Part shown: piece after piece, positions 38,258-48,110 of the stretch
How positions within the stretch are numbered: the stretch's first letter is position 1
Layout: each line of letters opens with the position of its first letter
IMG/VR virus record: IMGVR_UViG_3300025018_000102
Coordinates: 1 to 64,000 of that record
DNA from: a virus
Reading direction: 5' to 3' (one strand)
DNA: 64,000 bases
Made by a program: the position numbers and the translations under genes
Notes under the pieces: model-generated
Told to the model about the DNA's origin: nothing
Databases searched by the model: none
What the model saw: the letters and a program-made list of their open reading frames with translations, nothing else

Positions 38258-38688
38258 TCTTCTTCGGACGGTGGAAGGTACACTTGGATCGCTGGAGGAG
38301 TGCGGCGCGGGCTGGCCAAGGCGATGGCCCTGAACTCGTGGTCGTCGATGAAGTCCTTCACATACTCAGGAGAGTACTGATCGCTGTAGGCCAACACAAT
38401 GGCCTCCACCTCAGGATGCATTTTGCACATGAAGAACCAACGCTCAACGAAGGAAAGCGTGATCTGGTGAGCGAACTGGAGCTTGACTAGGTGCCCGCTC
38501 AGGTAGCCTAGAATGCCGACATAAGCGCCCAAAAGAGCCGCTGTCCACACTGACATGTCCAGTGCGAAGGCCATCCCAATGACGGGACCAGCGAAGAATG
38601 CCCACAAAATGAGCCTAGTGAACCAGTAAAACTTGTTCCGAGCAGGGTACAAGTGGTTCGAGATGACTTTGTTGGTTTCGATACTCAT
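38254..38688 (-). CDS. membrane protein
   Basis: Two TM segments. Confidence 0.65.
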   Translation of the reverse strand: MSIETNKVISNHLYPARNKFYWFTRLILWAFFAGPVIGMAFALDMSVWTAALLGAYVGILGYLSGHLVKLQFAHQITLSFVERWFFMCKMHPEVEAIVLAYSDQYSPEYVKDFIDDHEFRAIALASPRRTPPAIQVYLPPSEEE

Positions 38689-38695
38689 GTCGTTC

Positions 38696-39400
38696 CTAGG
38701 GGAGGCAGAGATTGATGACTATTGGACTCTGTGTCGGATTTCGGTTCTCGTCAACACAAGCTGCGTTGATTACTGTCGTTTTTCCAAGTTGGTACAGGCC
38801 GGCGGAATAATGGATGTGTCCATGCACTACTAGCCTCGGCTCGTTCTTGAGAATCCACTCCCGCTGATACTCGCAGCCAACTCGAGGCCCACGCAGGGTG
38901 AGATCTCCTGCGCCGAGTGGGGGCCCATGCGTAAGGAGAATGTCCGTATCCTTGGGTACCTTGTCCCACACTCGCTTCATGCGGTCTCTAGGGACGTTGT
39001 ACGCCCAGTTGTAGAACGCTGGCTGTCTGGGCTCTCCGTAGATCTTGAGGCCTCGATACTCCACAGTCTCTTGGTCTAGGAAGGTGACGCGGGGGTCGTG
39101 AGAGAACAGTCCCGCGATCTTGTCGAAGTCGACCTCCATGAGCACGTCGTGGTTGCCTGGAATGGCGATGATGCGCTCAAAGTTGAGGTGACCTAACCAG
39201 GCCGCGAATGACTTGTACTGGGCAACGTTTCCGGTCCCAGACACGATGTCCCCAGCAATGAGCAGTAGGTTGCCTTTGAGCGCGTTGATGTCTTTGGCTT
39301 GAAGAGTGCCTCCAGTCCACTCGTTGTGGAGGTCGCTCATGCACACCACCCGCATCGGCCCAGGGATCTGGGGAGGATCTGGCCACTCAGTAGGAAGCAT
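38696..39400 (-). CDS. calcineurin-like metallophosphoesterase
   Basis: SDLH, AGD, PGNHD, THGPP, GHIH. Confidence 0.9.
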   Translation of the reverse strand: MLPTEWPDPPQIPGPMRVVCMSDLHNEWTGGTLQAKDINALKGNLLLIAGDIVSGTGNVAQYKSFAAWLGHLNFERIIAIPGNHDVLMEVDFDKIAGLFSHDPRVTFLDQETVEYRGLKIYGEPRQPAFYNWAYNVPRDRMKRVWDKVPKDTDILLTHGPPLGAGDLTLRGPRVGCEYQREWILKNEPRLVVHGHIHYSAGLYQLGKTTVINAACVDENRNPTQSPIVINLCLP

Positions 39401-40187
39401 AGTGGCGCTTCAGAATGGATCGCATGGTCTTCTCTTGGAACGTGAGGCCAGTGAGGGCTCGAGTGCGCACCATGTCCGGAACCGAGTAGGTGGGCCAATC
39501 GATTCCGCAATCCTCGAACCTTGTGGTGTAAGTGATGACGGGCTTCTTGTCCTTACCGTGCACTGTCTGCCAAGCAGACTTGGCGAGTTCATACTGAGTG
39601 AAGGGGAGCCTGGAGCCCACATTGTAGACTCCGAAACTACCATGCATGAGACGGTTGACGAGTCGCTCCATGTAGGCCTTGGCGTCGTCGGGGTCCAGCA
39701 CAGAACTGACTCGGCTCCCATCGCCTTGAAGGGCAATGCTGCCTTCTCGAGCCTCTGACAGCATTACTGCTACATCGTGGTTGCAGTCCGCGATACCGAA
39801 CCCTCTCACGATCATGGTGTTGTTCTGGAAGTTCTCCGAAAGCCAACTACGTTCAAAGTGCATGTAGTACAACTGATTATCAACATGACAGCTGTCCACG
39901 TCGAGGGAGTCCACAGCAAGGATTTCAGACTCGTCCATGGGCACGGGAGGCCTTGTCTCGCCGTACACGGCCCCGTCGGATAGTACCAAAATCTTCTTAG
40001 CACTAGGAGCGAGCTGAGCATTCATCATGGCGTCCGTAGAAGGCACGATGCAAAGGTCGGGATCTTCATCCACCCTCTCCCAGCCCTTTGAAATGAGGAG
40101 TTGCCTCGTGAGTTTGCCTAGTGGATCCACTAGGCAGTCCATGAATGCTCCTTGGTTGGTGGCGATGGCGTAGGTTGGTCGTTTCAC
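39387..40187 (-). CDS. degenerate NAD-dependent epimerase/dehydratase-like protein
   Basis: LSDGAVYG..P..E, GDGSRVSS, GVYNVGS; GxxGxxG and YxxxK absent. Confidence 0.55.
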   Translation of the reverse strand: MKRPTYAIATNQGAFMDCLVDPLGKLTRQLLISKGWERVDEDPDLCIVPSTDAMMNAQLAPSAKKILVLSDGAVYGETRPPVPMDESEILAVDSLDVDSCHVDNQLYYMHFERSWLSENFQNNTMIVRGFGIADCNHDVAVMLSEAREGSIALQGDGSRVSSVLDPDDAKAYMERLVNRLMHGSFGVYNVGSRLPFTQYELAKSAWQTVHGKDKKPVITYTTRFEDCGIDWPTYSVPDMVRTRALTGLTFQEKTMRSILKRHYASY

Positions 40188-40305
40188 TTCTTCAAGTCCT
40201 CAAACTTGCAGTCCTTAGGAAACTTGCACGCGATGGGTATTGAGCCACAGTGAGGGCAGATCGGGAGTTTGATGCCCTCCTTAGGAGTCTTGTCTTTGTC
40301 CTTGC

Positions 40306-40914
40306 TCATAGCCATGCCTCTTTCTTAGTGCTAAACAGAGCTTCCGCAAGCATAACCTGCACGTAGGCAGTGAAGGGTCCGTGGGCACCCTGTTCTTCTG
40401 TGGGAAACGTGAGCCTCATTGTGCCCTTTGTAAGCCCACCCTTGTTAGCGTCCGTCTCGTACATCATGCAGTAGAGAGGCTGGTGGTTACGGGTGAAGAC
40501 TAGGAGAGGGGTCTTGTCCTCCGGGGTCTCACCGACCGTCTGCTTCCACCAGGAGTATAAGTCACACTTTGGTGCAGTGAGAAGTTGCTCCAGGTTCCAG
40601 CCTTCGCAGTTCTTCACTTCCACGGCAAATGGGAAGGTGGCGTCGGAGGTCACTAGGTCGCTTGAGGCGTTCCACTCCTCTCGGAACTTCTTCGTCTTGA
40701 AGCCTCCAGATGAGGGGGTGCGGGCAAACTCAGAGCCCCACCAAGTTGACATGGCCTTGGCGACGATCCGCTCGCCTCGCTGGCCCCTCAGGCGTGATGA
40801 CTTGCCAATGGTTTTACGAGTCTTCTTAGACTTGGTCACAAACCAGCGGCCCTTGCGCTCGGTCTGGTATACGCGGCCGTATCCAGGCCTCTGATGTGCT
40901 CGTCCAAACTTCAT
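40306..40914 (-). CDS. Holliday junction resolvase (PD-D/ExK phage type)
   Basis: G.RGER, RTPSSGG, SDL, AVEVKN, WWKQ, PLLVF; start may be downstream. Confidence 0.8.
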   Translation of the reverse strand: MKFGRAHQRPGYGRVYQTERKGRWFVTKSKKTRKTIGKSSRLRGQRGERIVAKAMSTWWGSEFARTPSSGGFKTKKFREEWNASSDLVTSDATFPFAVEVKNCEGWNLEQLLTAPKCDLYSWWKQTVGETPEDKTPLLVFTRNHQPLYCMMYETDANKGGLTKGTMRLTFPTEEQGAHGPFTAYVQVMLAEALFSTKKEAWL

Positions 40915-41115
40915 CTATATTCCTTCCTTCCAGGAACACATAACAAAATCAAGCGACATGTAACATCCCATGCCCGCCAGGAACCATAGATGACCTTGAG
41001 CGCCGAAAGGCGTGGCCACAGCAAACATCCAAGACCAGATCCAGGCCGAGAGAAGCCATAACCCTGAAATGATGAAGAGGAACTGCGCCAGGCCTTTTAG
41101 CCATATTCTAATCAT
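40915..41115 (-). CDS. small membrane protein
   Basis: Two hydrophobic segments. Confidence 0.55.
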   Translation of the reverse strand: MIRIWLKGLAQFLFIISGLWLLSAWIWSWMFAVATPFGAQGHLWFLAGMGCYMSLDFVMCSWKEGI

Positions 41116-41221
41116 CAGTGTTCATCCTCAAGTTGGTACGTGACAAGTGGCGCAGAAGGTCGTCTGATATGCCTTCTAGGGTGAGTCTAGGTGGGTTGGC
41201 CATGGGCTCAACCTAGTGGGC

Positions 41222-41479
41222 TCAGGTTTCCTTGTCAACCTCAAAAGGCATCGCAACCTGATTTGGGTCCCCGACTGAAGCCTTTGGGGGCACATACTCG
41301 CAAACGCGGTCAGTGGTGATTGGGTCCAAGGGGGCTAGGAGCGTGATGTCCCACTTTAGGTCTGTGACTACGTGCATGTCCTCTGGATTGATCGTGGTGA
41401 ACTCCTCCACAGCCTGCTCTTCGTTGCCCTCGATGACCCAGTACCGGGTCTCGGTGCACGTGATTTTGTACCGAGTCAT
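41222..41479 (-). CDS. hypothetical protein
   Basis: GGAG RBS; ATGA overlap. Confidence 0.65.
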   Translation of the reverse strand: MTRYKITCTETRYWVIEGNEEQAVEEFTTINPEDMHVVTDLKWDITLLAPLDPITTDRVCEYVPPKASVGDPNQVAMPFEVDKET

Positions 41480-42105
41480 TCTCCCTTCTCCTTAGTTGGC
41501 TCTTTGAGTGCCTTGAGGGGATCCCATCCACGCTTAATGCGCTTGTACACAGTGAACTTGGATACGGGGCACCATTCCTCCTCACTCCATTCAGCCACAG
41601 TCTTGGTCACTCCCTCAATGGTCACATTGATGTTGGACCGCTGGTTCCGGGTCTGCTCGGTTCGAGAGGCCCAACGAACGTTTCCAGGCTCATAGTTACC
41701 ATTGGAGTCAATCCTGTCGATGGTGTCGTCCGGATTAGGCCTCGGGCCCACCATGAGGAAGAAGGCGTCGAAGGAATCACGCCACAGCTGGCACACCTCA
41801 ATACCTCGGGCTCCGTAGTTCGGGTAGTCCTTGCTGTTAGGGTTGTGGCACCGCTGGATCATCGCGGCCCAAGACCGATAGGCAGCGGGCTTCTCGGAGG
41901 GGGTGGAGGACGCACAACTCTTGCACATTCTCGAGCTGCCACTTATGAGATCGTACTTGCGCACGTAGTGCTGAGTCTTGGCCTCACAGGCTGTGCAGAC
42001 GCACAGGTACTTGTCACTGTTGGCATCCGTAGCCACCACCAGCCACGCACCGATCGTATCGCCGATGTTTATCCGGCGAGCTATGATGCCCTTCTGGCTC
42101 ACCAC
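41476..42105 (-). CDS. HNH homing endonuclease
   Basis: YRSWAAMIQRC..YGARGI.VC..W, TIDRIDSNGNYEPGNVRWA..EQ.RN. Confidence 0.9.
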   Translation of the reverse strand: MVSQKGIIARRINIGDTIGAWLVVATDANSDKYLCVCTACEAKTQHYVRKYDLISGSSRMCKSCASSTPSEKPAAYRSWAAMIQRCHNPNSKDYPNYGARGIEVCQLWRDSFDAFFLMVGPRPNPDDTIDRIDSNGNYEPGNVRWASRTEQTRNQRSNINVTIEGVTKTVAEWSEEEWCPVSKFTVYKRIKRGWDPLKALKEPTKEKGE

Positions 42106-42326
42106 AGCACTACGCAGGGCTCAGTGTCGTCATCCTCAGGGTCCTCCAGTTCAGACAAGTAATCTTCATAAGAGTCGCCGTAGTACGCTCGCGCGTCCCC
42201 GGTGATCCTACCCGCCTCAACGCCCATGATGTCGGCGTGGTAGTCCGAGTACTTGGCGTACGGGATGTTCACATGAAGATCTTGAGGGAGTTTCTTCAAC
42301 GCTTCGATTAGATCTGCTACCGTCAT
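42099..42326 (-). CDS. hypothetical phage protein (MTVxDLIExL family)
   Basis: 75-aa ORF. Confidence 0.7.
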   Translation of the reverse strand: MTVADLIEALKKLPQDLHVNIPYAKYSDYHADIMGVEAGRITGDARAYYGDSYEDYLSELEDPEDDDTEPCVVLW

Positions 42327-42327
42327 G

Positions 42328-42603
42328 TCACTTCCCTAGGGCCTTGATGTCCGCGGCGCTAGGAGCAACCACACGGGGCCCGCTTTGGGCAAGCGACATC
42401 ATGGCCTTCTTCGTGCGCTTCATGACCTCCTGCGGCGGCACTTCGATGAGCACCAGTTCCTTCTCTTCCTCGTTTCGCACGAGGTCAAAGTTGTACTTGA
42501 AGAACTCCACAAAGCGCTCGCTCTGCAGTAACTGCTCAAGCAGGTACCCCTTCTCGATGAGGTTGCGTTGGGAATCTAGATCGATTGGATTTTCGTCGCT
42601 CAT
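42328..42603 (-). CDS. hypothetical protein
   Basis: 91-aa ORF. Confidence 0.7.
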   Translation of the reverse strand: MSDENPIDLDSQRNLIEKGYLLEQLLQSERFVEFFKYNFDLVRNEEEKELVLIEVPPQEVMKRTKKAMMSLAQSGPRVVAPSAADIKALGK

Positions 42604-42610
42604 TTGTGCC

Positions 42611-43426
42611 TCACATTGCCGGGGGACGGGTGCTCTTGCGGGTCAAGATGTTGCCCGCGACGTCAGCCGCATCCAGCAGGTCCTCTAGTGTCTTGCTGTT
42701 TTGAATGTAGTAGTCGAAGGCATCCTCACTGAAACCCTCCATTTCGGCCTCAGACGCGTGGCCCTCGATGCCCACTTCGGCTTGTGCCCGAAGTTCAGCT
42801 GGCCGGTGAACCCGAATCAGGAAGGCGCCACTGGTCTTGAGCGTCTGAAGTTCGTTCGCAAAGCGTACATCACTAATGACCACGTGGGTAGCAGGGGCTC
42901 CAGGCGCGTAGGTAAGGCCAGTGGTGTGGTGGTAGATGTAGCCTCCCCCCATGAGTCTGGAGGACACCTCCAGAGCACGTGAGAGCCACAGGGACTCTTT
43001 CACGGTCCGGCCCCACTCGGTGCCTAGGGACTGTAGCACAATGCGTGGGGAGATCACTTCCCGGTTCTTGGCGAGGCCCTGTCTCCAGTCCCTCAGTTTA
43101 TCGAGGGCGATGCCCGGCAGAAGTCCTGGTCCTGGAACGAGCGCGTCGACGAATAGTGGGTCATACTTCTGGGCGCGAGACTCAGTGGCCAACCAGGCAT
43201 CACTGGCGTCTAGGGCGTCATTGTAGAAGGCAAACCGAGGATCTGGAGCGTCGCGCATGTGGCTTGGGCCCCATAACTGTTCCTTGGTGAACCCAAAAAC
43301 CTTGTAGGCGTACTGCTTGATTGGGTCAGCAAGGGCGATCTGCTGGAAGCCAAACTGGCTAACTAGTTGCTCTGCAACTGTGTCTTTGCCCGAGCCGGCC
43401 TTGCCGTTGATTCCTACTAGTTTCAT
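42611..43426 (-). CDS. deoxynucleoside monophosphate kinase
   Basis: GINGKAGSGKDT, LADPIK, PRIVLQSLGTEWGR, ISDVRFANE, HASE. Confidence 0.9.
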   Translation of the reverse strand: MKLVGINGKAGSGKDTVAEQLVSQFGFQQIALADPIKQYAYKVFGFTKEQLWGPSHMRDAPDPRFAFYNDALDASDAWLATESRAQKYDPLFVDALVPGPGLLPGIALDKLRDWRQGLAKNREVISPRIVLQSLGTEWGRTVKESLWLSRALEVSSRLMGGGYIYHHTTGLTYAPGAPATHVVISDVRFANELQTLKTSGAFLIRVHRPAELRAQAEVGIEGHASEAEMEGFSEDAFDYYIQNSKTLEDLLDAADVAGNILTRKSTRPPAM

Positions 43427-43791
43427 AATCCGAACTTCTTCATCTCTGATGGGGATAGGAGATAGTTGATGCCGTCGTGCATCCCGTTGGCGAGCCGGGT
43501 AAGTTCGTTGAACTCCTCCTGTAACTCCACAATGCGCTCGCACATGGACTTTAACCACATGGTGTGAGAGTTGGCGTCAGGAGCGTGAAGCGCCACGAGA
43601 AGCCCCACTACGCTCTTTACCTCACTGTGCTTGGTGATCTCCGCAGCAAGGGTGTCCTCAAGAGTGGTGATGACCTGCTGGATCCGCTTCGCCTGCTCGT
43701 AGATCGACTTCCTCAGCACCTTGCCGGAGAAGCCACAGATGAACTCTCCTTTGGAGTAGTCAACAACTGCTGGGGGTACTTCTTTGCTCAC
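43423..43791 (-). CDS. hypothetical protein
   Basis: 122-aa ORF, coupled by overlap. Confidence 0.65.
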   Translation of the reverse strand: MSKEVPPAVVDYSKGEFICGFSGKVLRKSIYEQAKRIQQVITTLEDTLAAEITKHSEVKSVVGLLVALHAPDANSHTMWLKSMCERIVELQEEFNELTRLANGMHDGINYLLSPSEMKKFGL

Positions 43792-45692
43792 GGGGTGACC
43801 CTCTCCAGCCGGCTAACACCGTCCTTCTTCACAACGAGAAGGTGCTTGTTGAAGAGCTGCTGAAACGATTGCTTGTGAGTGATGCAGTACACGGTGCTGT
43901 AGTCCTCTTGGTTCTGTAGGAGGGAGAGTATCGCCTCATTGCCCTCTTCGTCAATGTTTTCGAAGGGTTCGTCCAGGAACCTAAAGGGAACCTTCTTCTG
44001 AGCCCGCTTCTGGGCGAGATCCCCAAGGGCGAATGCAATGATGATGTCGATTCGGGCCTTTTCGCCCGTGGACGAGCCCTTGTAGGAACTGGCGCCGTTC
44101 TTAGTGGCCACTTGAATAGAGAACTCTTCGCGCGCTTCCCCGCTCTTGAGCACCTTCTCAGTGTTGAAGGTCACTGTGATCTCCCCACCAGTAATGATCT
44201 GGGAGTATTTGGCCGCCGCCGCATTGAGCACGGGAGCCACACTCTTGAGCATGTGGTTCCGTAGACCCTTGGCGGAGAATCCGTCCACCCAGAACTCGTA
44301 CTGCTCAACCTCGGCCTGTTTCAGCTCCAACTGCTTCTGAAGGTCCAGCTGGCGCTTAGTTAGTTCGCCAAGTTCAAAGGTGACCTCGGACAGGAGGGAA
44401 TGATAGGGAGAAACGTACTTTTCATGAGCCTGTGAGTCTTTCCGTATCTGAGCCAACTGGGCAGTGTACGTTTGGATTAACCTCTGAGCCGCTTCCCCAG
44501 CCCTTTTGCGGGCCTCTAGACTCTCTCGAACGCTCTGTAGGGCATCGTTCACTTCTCCCTTTTCTCGTGCCTCTTGCTTCAGGGTGTCGAGGAGCTGGAG
44601 CGACTTGTCCTTCCAGTCATCGAACTCGCGGAGGTTCCTGGCCGCCTCGCCCGCTAGATAGGCCTTCTGAGCTTCTAGTTTGGCCATCACCTCTTCACGC
44701 TTGGACAGCGGGATCTCTTGGCCGCAGTGAGAGCAGTGGCTCTCAAAGTTGTTGATGCTGGACTCGACTCGGGCTCGATCCTTGTCCGCTGAATACACTG
44801 CGTTGTTGTAGGTGCCCTTGTTGATCTCGTGAAGAGTAGCAGCGTCGCGCACTGCCTTTAGCGAGAGAACATGGGCCTCGGAGGCTTCCTTGAACTGGTC
44901 CATTGAGTCCAGCAGCTCTCTGTTGGCGCTTTCGCCGGCATCCCGTACTGCGGTCTCTTTCATGAGGAGCGACTCCGTGCTCGCTAGGCGCTCTTCTAAC
45001 TCCTCCCGCCTCGCCTCGGCCTCCTCGTGCTCATTGGCGATCTTCTCCTGGTAGCCCTCCTTCTTGGCCTCAGCTACCTCAATCTTCTCAGACAAGGTGC
45101 CAAGTTCGGCGGCCAGTTGGAGGCACTTGTGGTTGAGTTCCTTGGCCTTGTCCTTTGCTAGGCCGTGAGCGGTGGCCATGGCCTCGGTGCGCAGGAGCTT
45201 CTCGAGCAAGGACTTGATCTTGCTATCGGTCAACTCAGCAGCCTTGAGACCTGCTCCGGGCATCATGCACTGGAAGGTAGGAAAGTCGAGCCCGAGAAGT
45301 TGGTCGATGAGCGCCTGGGTGGCGTCCATGCTGGCACCTGACACGTCCTCTCCGTTCTTTGTGAGCGTGAGGTCGTTGGGCTTATCTGTGTAGTCGCACT
45401 TTCGATAGCGGTCGATTTGATAGTCGGCGCCGTCGAGGTGCAGTTTGACTTCCACGTGACAGTTCTTTCCGACAGTCTCGTTGACGACCTCATCATGCTT
45501 CTGGTTGCGCACCGTAGTGCCCCAGACTCCCCAAGTGAGCACGTCCAGCAGACTGGTCTTGCCGGCCCCGTTGCTGCCAGCGTGTTCTGCATCCTCGTTG
45601 CGTCCCAAGATAAGCGTCAGGCCCTGGTTCTCCAGGGGTAGAGTGACGTTCTTGAAGCGCATGAAGTTCTGTGCGCTTGCTTCCTTGAACAT
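43788..45692 (-). CDS. sbcC: SbcC/Rad50-like SMC ATPase
   Basis: NGAGKTS, coiled coil with CSHCG zinc hook, STGE, FLDEPF, ITH. Confidence 0.92.
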   Translation of the reverse strand: MFKEASAQNFMRFKNVTLPLENQGLTLILGRNEDAEHAGSNGAGKTSLLDVLTWGVWGTTVRNQKHDEVVNETVGKNCHVEVKLHLDGADYQIDRYRKCDYTDKPNDLTLTKNGEDVSGASMDATQALIDQLLGLDFPTFQCMMPGAGLKAAELTDSKIKSLLEKLLRTEAMATAHGLAKDKAKELNHKCLQLAAELGTLSEKIEVAEAKKEGYQEKIANEHEEAEARREELEERLASTESLLMKETAVRDAGESANRELLDSMDQFKEASEAHVLSLKAVRDAATLHEINKGTYNNAVYSADKDRARVESSINNFESHCSHCGQEIPLSKREEVMAKLEAQKAYLAGEAARNLREFDDWKDKSLQLLDTLKQEAREKGEVNDALQSVRESLEARKRAGEAAQRLIQTYTAQLAQIRKDSQAHEKYVSPYHSLLSEVTFELGELTKRQLDLQKQLELKQAEVEQYEFWVDGFSAKGLRNHMLKSVAPVLNAAAAKYSQIITGGEITVTFNTEKVLKSGEAREEFSIQVATKNGASSYKGSSTGEKARIDIIIAFALGDLAQKRAQKKVPFRFLDEPFENIDEEGNEAILSLLQNQEDYSTVYCITHKQSFQQLFNKHLLVVKKDGVSRLERVTP

Positions 45693-45693
45693 A

Positions 45694-45906
45694 CTACTCC
45701 TCAGGTTCTTCTGCGGCAGTTACAACAATGACTGCCTTTACTACGTAGTTACCCTTGGGAAGTGTGATGGAGTTCTTGACCTCAAGGAAATCAACGAGGC
45801 TAGCAGCAGCTACTTGTACCGCATTTGTTTCCTCGTGGGCGCTCACTACCGTGTCTACGGTGAATGAGAGTACGGACTGGTCAGCAGTGATGTGGACGTT
45901 CTTCAT
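45694..45906 (-). CDS. hypothetical protein
   Basis: 70-aa ORF between sbcD and sbcC. Confidence 0.55.
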   Translation of the reverse strand: MKNVHITADQSVLSFTVDTVVSAHEETNAVQVAAASLVDFLEVKNSITLPKGNYVVKAVIVVTAAEEPEE

Positions 45907-46964
45907 AGTAACTTCGATTCTGCCTCAGATAGTAAGGCTTTTCCTAGGGCGATAAGAGGGTCTGGATTGGTACTCCGGAGAGTGGCCCATGCTTCAATGG
46001 CCGCCACTGCGTCCAGATCTGTGTCGCTTAGGTGGGGCATTGCTTGCTCAGCCACGGTCACGTTCTCTGCTCCGATAGCCTCAAGGGCCTGGGGCATGGT
46101 CTCGTCATCTTTACCGCTCCAGCGAACAAAGTCAATGGGGCGAACATGCGACGAGTCCTCATCTCCCTTGAGACGAACGAACCGTGGGGCATTGGTCTCA
46201 ATGAACTCAAACGTCGGCGCTTCACCCTCGGGGATCTTGAAGTGCAAGAATCCTCGTTTGGTGTTGGCGTCCCCCCAGTTGTGCTGGTGAGAGGCACCAA
46301 TGTAGTACCCTTGGGGGAACAACTTCTGGTGCTGATGGAAGTGCCCAAAGAGGCATAGGTCAAAGTTGTCTCGAGTCACGTCCTTGACTTGGATGTCCCC
46401 ATCACTCACCAGAACGTAGTCGCTACCTACTCGAGCCCCCTGCATGCCCAGGTGAGCTAGAAGCACCGTGGCGGGAGTAGCACACTCCGAGGCCAGTGTA
46501 GCTGCAGCGCTGAGTCGATCCTTAGCGCTCTCCAGAGAATCTGTGTAGGGAACTGACACCACGCTCAGTTGGCCTCCAGCCGTGTGCTGAACGGCCACTG
46601 TATCCATCACCGTGGCTACCTCCCGCAGCGAGTCTAAGGAGTGGATGTGGCCTTGCCGGTCCGCGAAGTCATGGTTGCCGGGAATCATGATGAGATGGAT
46701 TCCCGAGTCCTTGAACCGGCGCAAGGCACTGAAGGTAATGTTCCACACATCTGTGTGCACTACCGTGCGCTTGTGGAACAGGTCGCCCCCAAAGAGCACC
46801 GTGAAGATCTTGTTCCGTACACAGTACGTGTGGATCTCATCGAGCACTGCGGCCGAGTCCAGTAGGCGGCTGTTGTAGAAGCCTCCGGACTTGTATGGGA
46901 CCTTCTTGGCACCAAAGCGGAAGTTGTGCGCGTGATGGTCCGAGAAGGCGACGAACTCACACAT
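45903..46964 (-). CDS. sbcD: SbcD/Mre11-like nuclease
   Basis: SDHH, GGDLFH, PGNHD, GHFH; adjacent to sbcC. Confidence 0.9.
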   Translation of the reverse strand: MCEFVAFSDHHAHNFRFGAKKVPYKSGGFYNSRLLDSAAVLDEIHTYCVRNKIFTVLFGGDLFHKRTVVHTDVWNITFSALRRFKDSGIHLIMIPGNHDFADRQGHIHSLDSLREVATVMDTVAVQHTAGGQLSVVSVPYTDSLESAKDRLSAAATLASECATPATVLLAHLGMQGARVGSDYVLVSDGDIQVKDVTRDNFDLCLFGHFHQHQKLFPQGYYIGASHQHNWGDANTKRGFLHFKIPEGEAPTFEFIETNAPRFVRLKGDEDSSHVRPIDFVRWSGKDDETMPQALEAIGAENVTVAEQAMPHLSDTDLDAVAAIEAWATLRSTNPDPLIALGKALLSEAESKLL

Positions 46965-48009
46965 TCTCAAGAGCCTTCAGCATGCGCTCTTTGGCTAGAT
47001 CCTTGATCTTGGCGTGCTTGATCAATTCCACCTGAAGCCCATTGAGCACGTTGTCCGAGATGGCGGCGTAGGAGTTCTCCTTGCCCACGCCGAGTTTCTC
47101 GCCGTCGAACAAGTAGGTTTTGCCCTCAATATCGATGTAGCCGGCATCCAGAGCCATGTCGAAGATCTCACGCTTGCGATCGATGCCACACCCATACTCG
47201 TTGTTGGAGTACATGTTGAACTCAATCTGGTGCTTGGCAGTGCCCGCCAGTTTGTTCTTCACGATCTGCAGCCTCTTTCGGCCACCGATCACTTCGCCCG
47301 AGATTGGGTCGTTGAGGTCAGCAGCCTTACCGCCTGCAGGGGATACCCGGAGCCGCAGCGAGGCGTAGAAAGCAAGAGCGTTGCCACCAGATGTCGTCTC
47401 CGGGCTCCCAAACATGACTCCCACCTTCTCTCGGATCTGGTTGAGGAAGATGGCGGTGGTTCCTGACTCGGCAAACTTCCCGCTCAGCTTCCGCATCGCC
47501 TGCCCCATGAGTCGGGCCTGAAGACCCACGTGTGAGTCGCCCATGTCGCCCTCGACCTCCTTCGAGGGCACCAGAGCTGCCACGGAGTCCAGCACAACCA
47601 GGGCGTACGCGTTGGAGTCAGATAGGATCTCGAGCGTGTCCAGGGCCTCCTCGCCATTGGCGGGGCGGGTGTAGTCCATCATACTGAGATCCACTCCAAT
47701 AGCCTCGGCATAGTCGAGGTCAAGAGCCTTCTCAGCGTCGATGAAAGCGCAACGGTGGCCCATCTTCTGTGCTTCGGCGATTGCATGCAGGGTGAGGCTC
47801 GTTTTGCCAGAGGCGTTGGGGCCGTAGATCTCGATGATTCGGCCTCGGGCGTAACCACCCACACCTGTCTTGATGTCCAGTTGGATTGTGCCAGTTGGGA
47901 TCACGTCGATCTTTGGCTCAACAAACTCATTCGCCTGAGTTAGAGTGTTGCCGTACTTCTTCTTGATTGCTGCCATTGCCGCGTCGCGGCCATCTTTAGT
48001 CGTTTTCAT
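46957..48009 (-). CDS. recA: RecA recombinase
   Basis: EIYGPNASGKT, FIDAE, DSVAALVP, GLQARLM, NQIREKVGVMFGSPETTSGGNALAFYAS. Confidence 0.97.
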   Translation of the reverse strand: MKTTKDGRDAAMAAIKKKYGNTLTQANEFVEPKIDVIPTGTIQLDIKTGVGGYARGRIIEIYGPNASGKTSLTLHAIAEAQKMGHRCAFIDAEKALDLDYAEAIGVDLSMMDYTRPANGEEALDTLEILSDSNAYALVVLDSVAALVPSKEVEGDMGDSHVGLQARLMGQAMRKLSGKFAESGTTAIFLNQIREKVGVMFGSPETTSGGNALAFYASLRLRVSPAGGKAADLNDPISGEVIGGRKRLQIVKNKLAGTAKHQIEFNMYSNNEYGCGIDRKREIFDMALDAGYIDIEGKTYLFDGEKLGVGKENSYAAISDNVLNGLQVELIKHAKIKDLAKERMLKALENV

Positions 48010-48110
48010 TTCATATCCTCAGAAGAAAATAGGACAGGGCCTGAGTACGTCAGTGCACTCAAACCCTGCCCTATCCGCCCCCTGGCTCCCGTAACCAAGG
48101 GGCTACGGTG

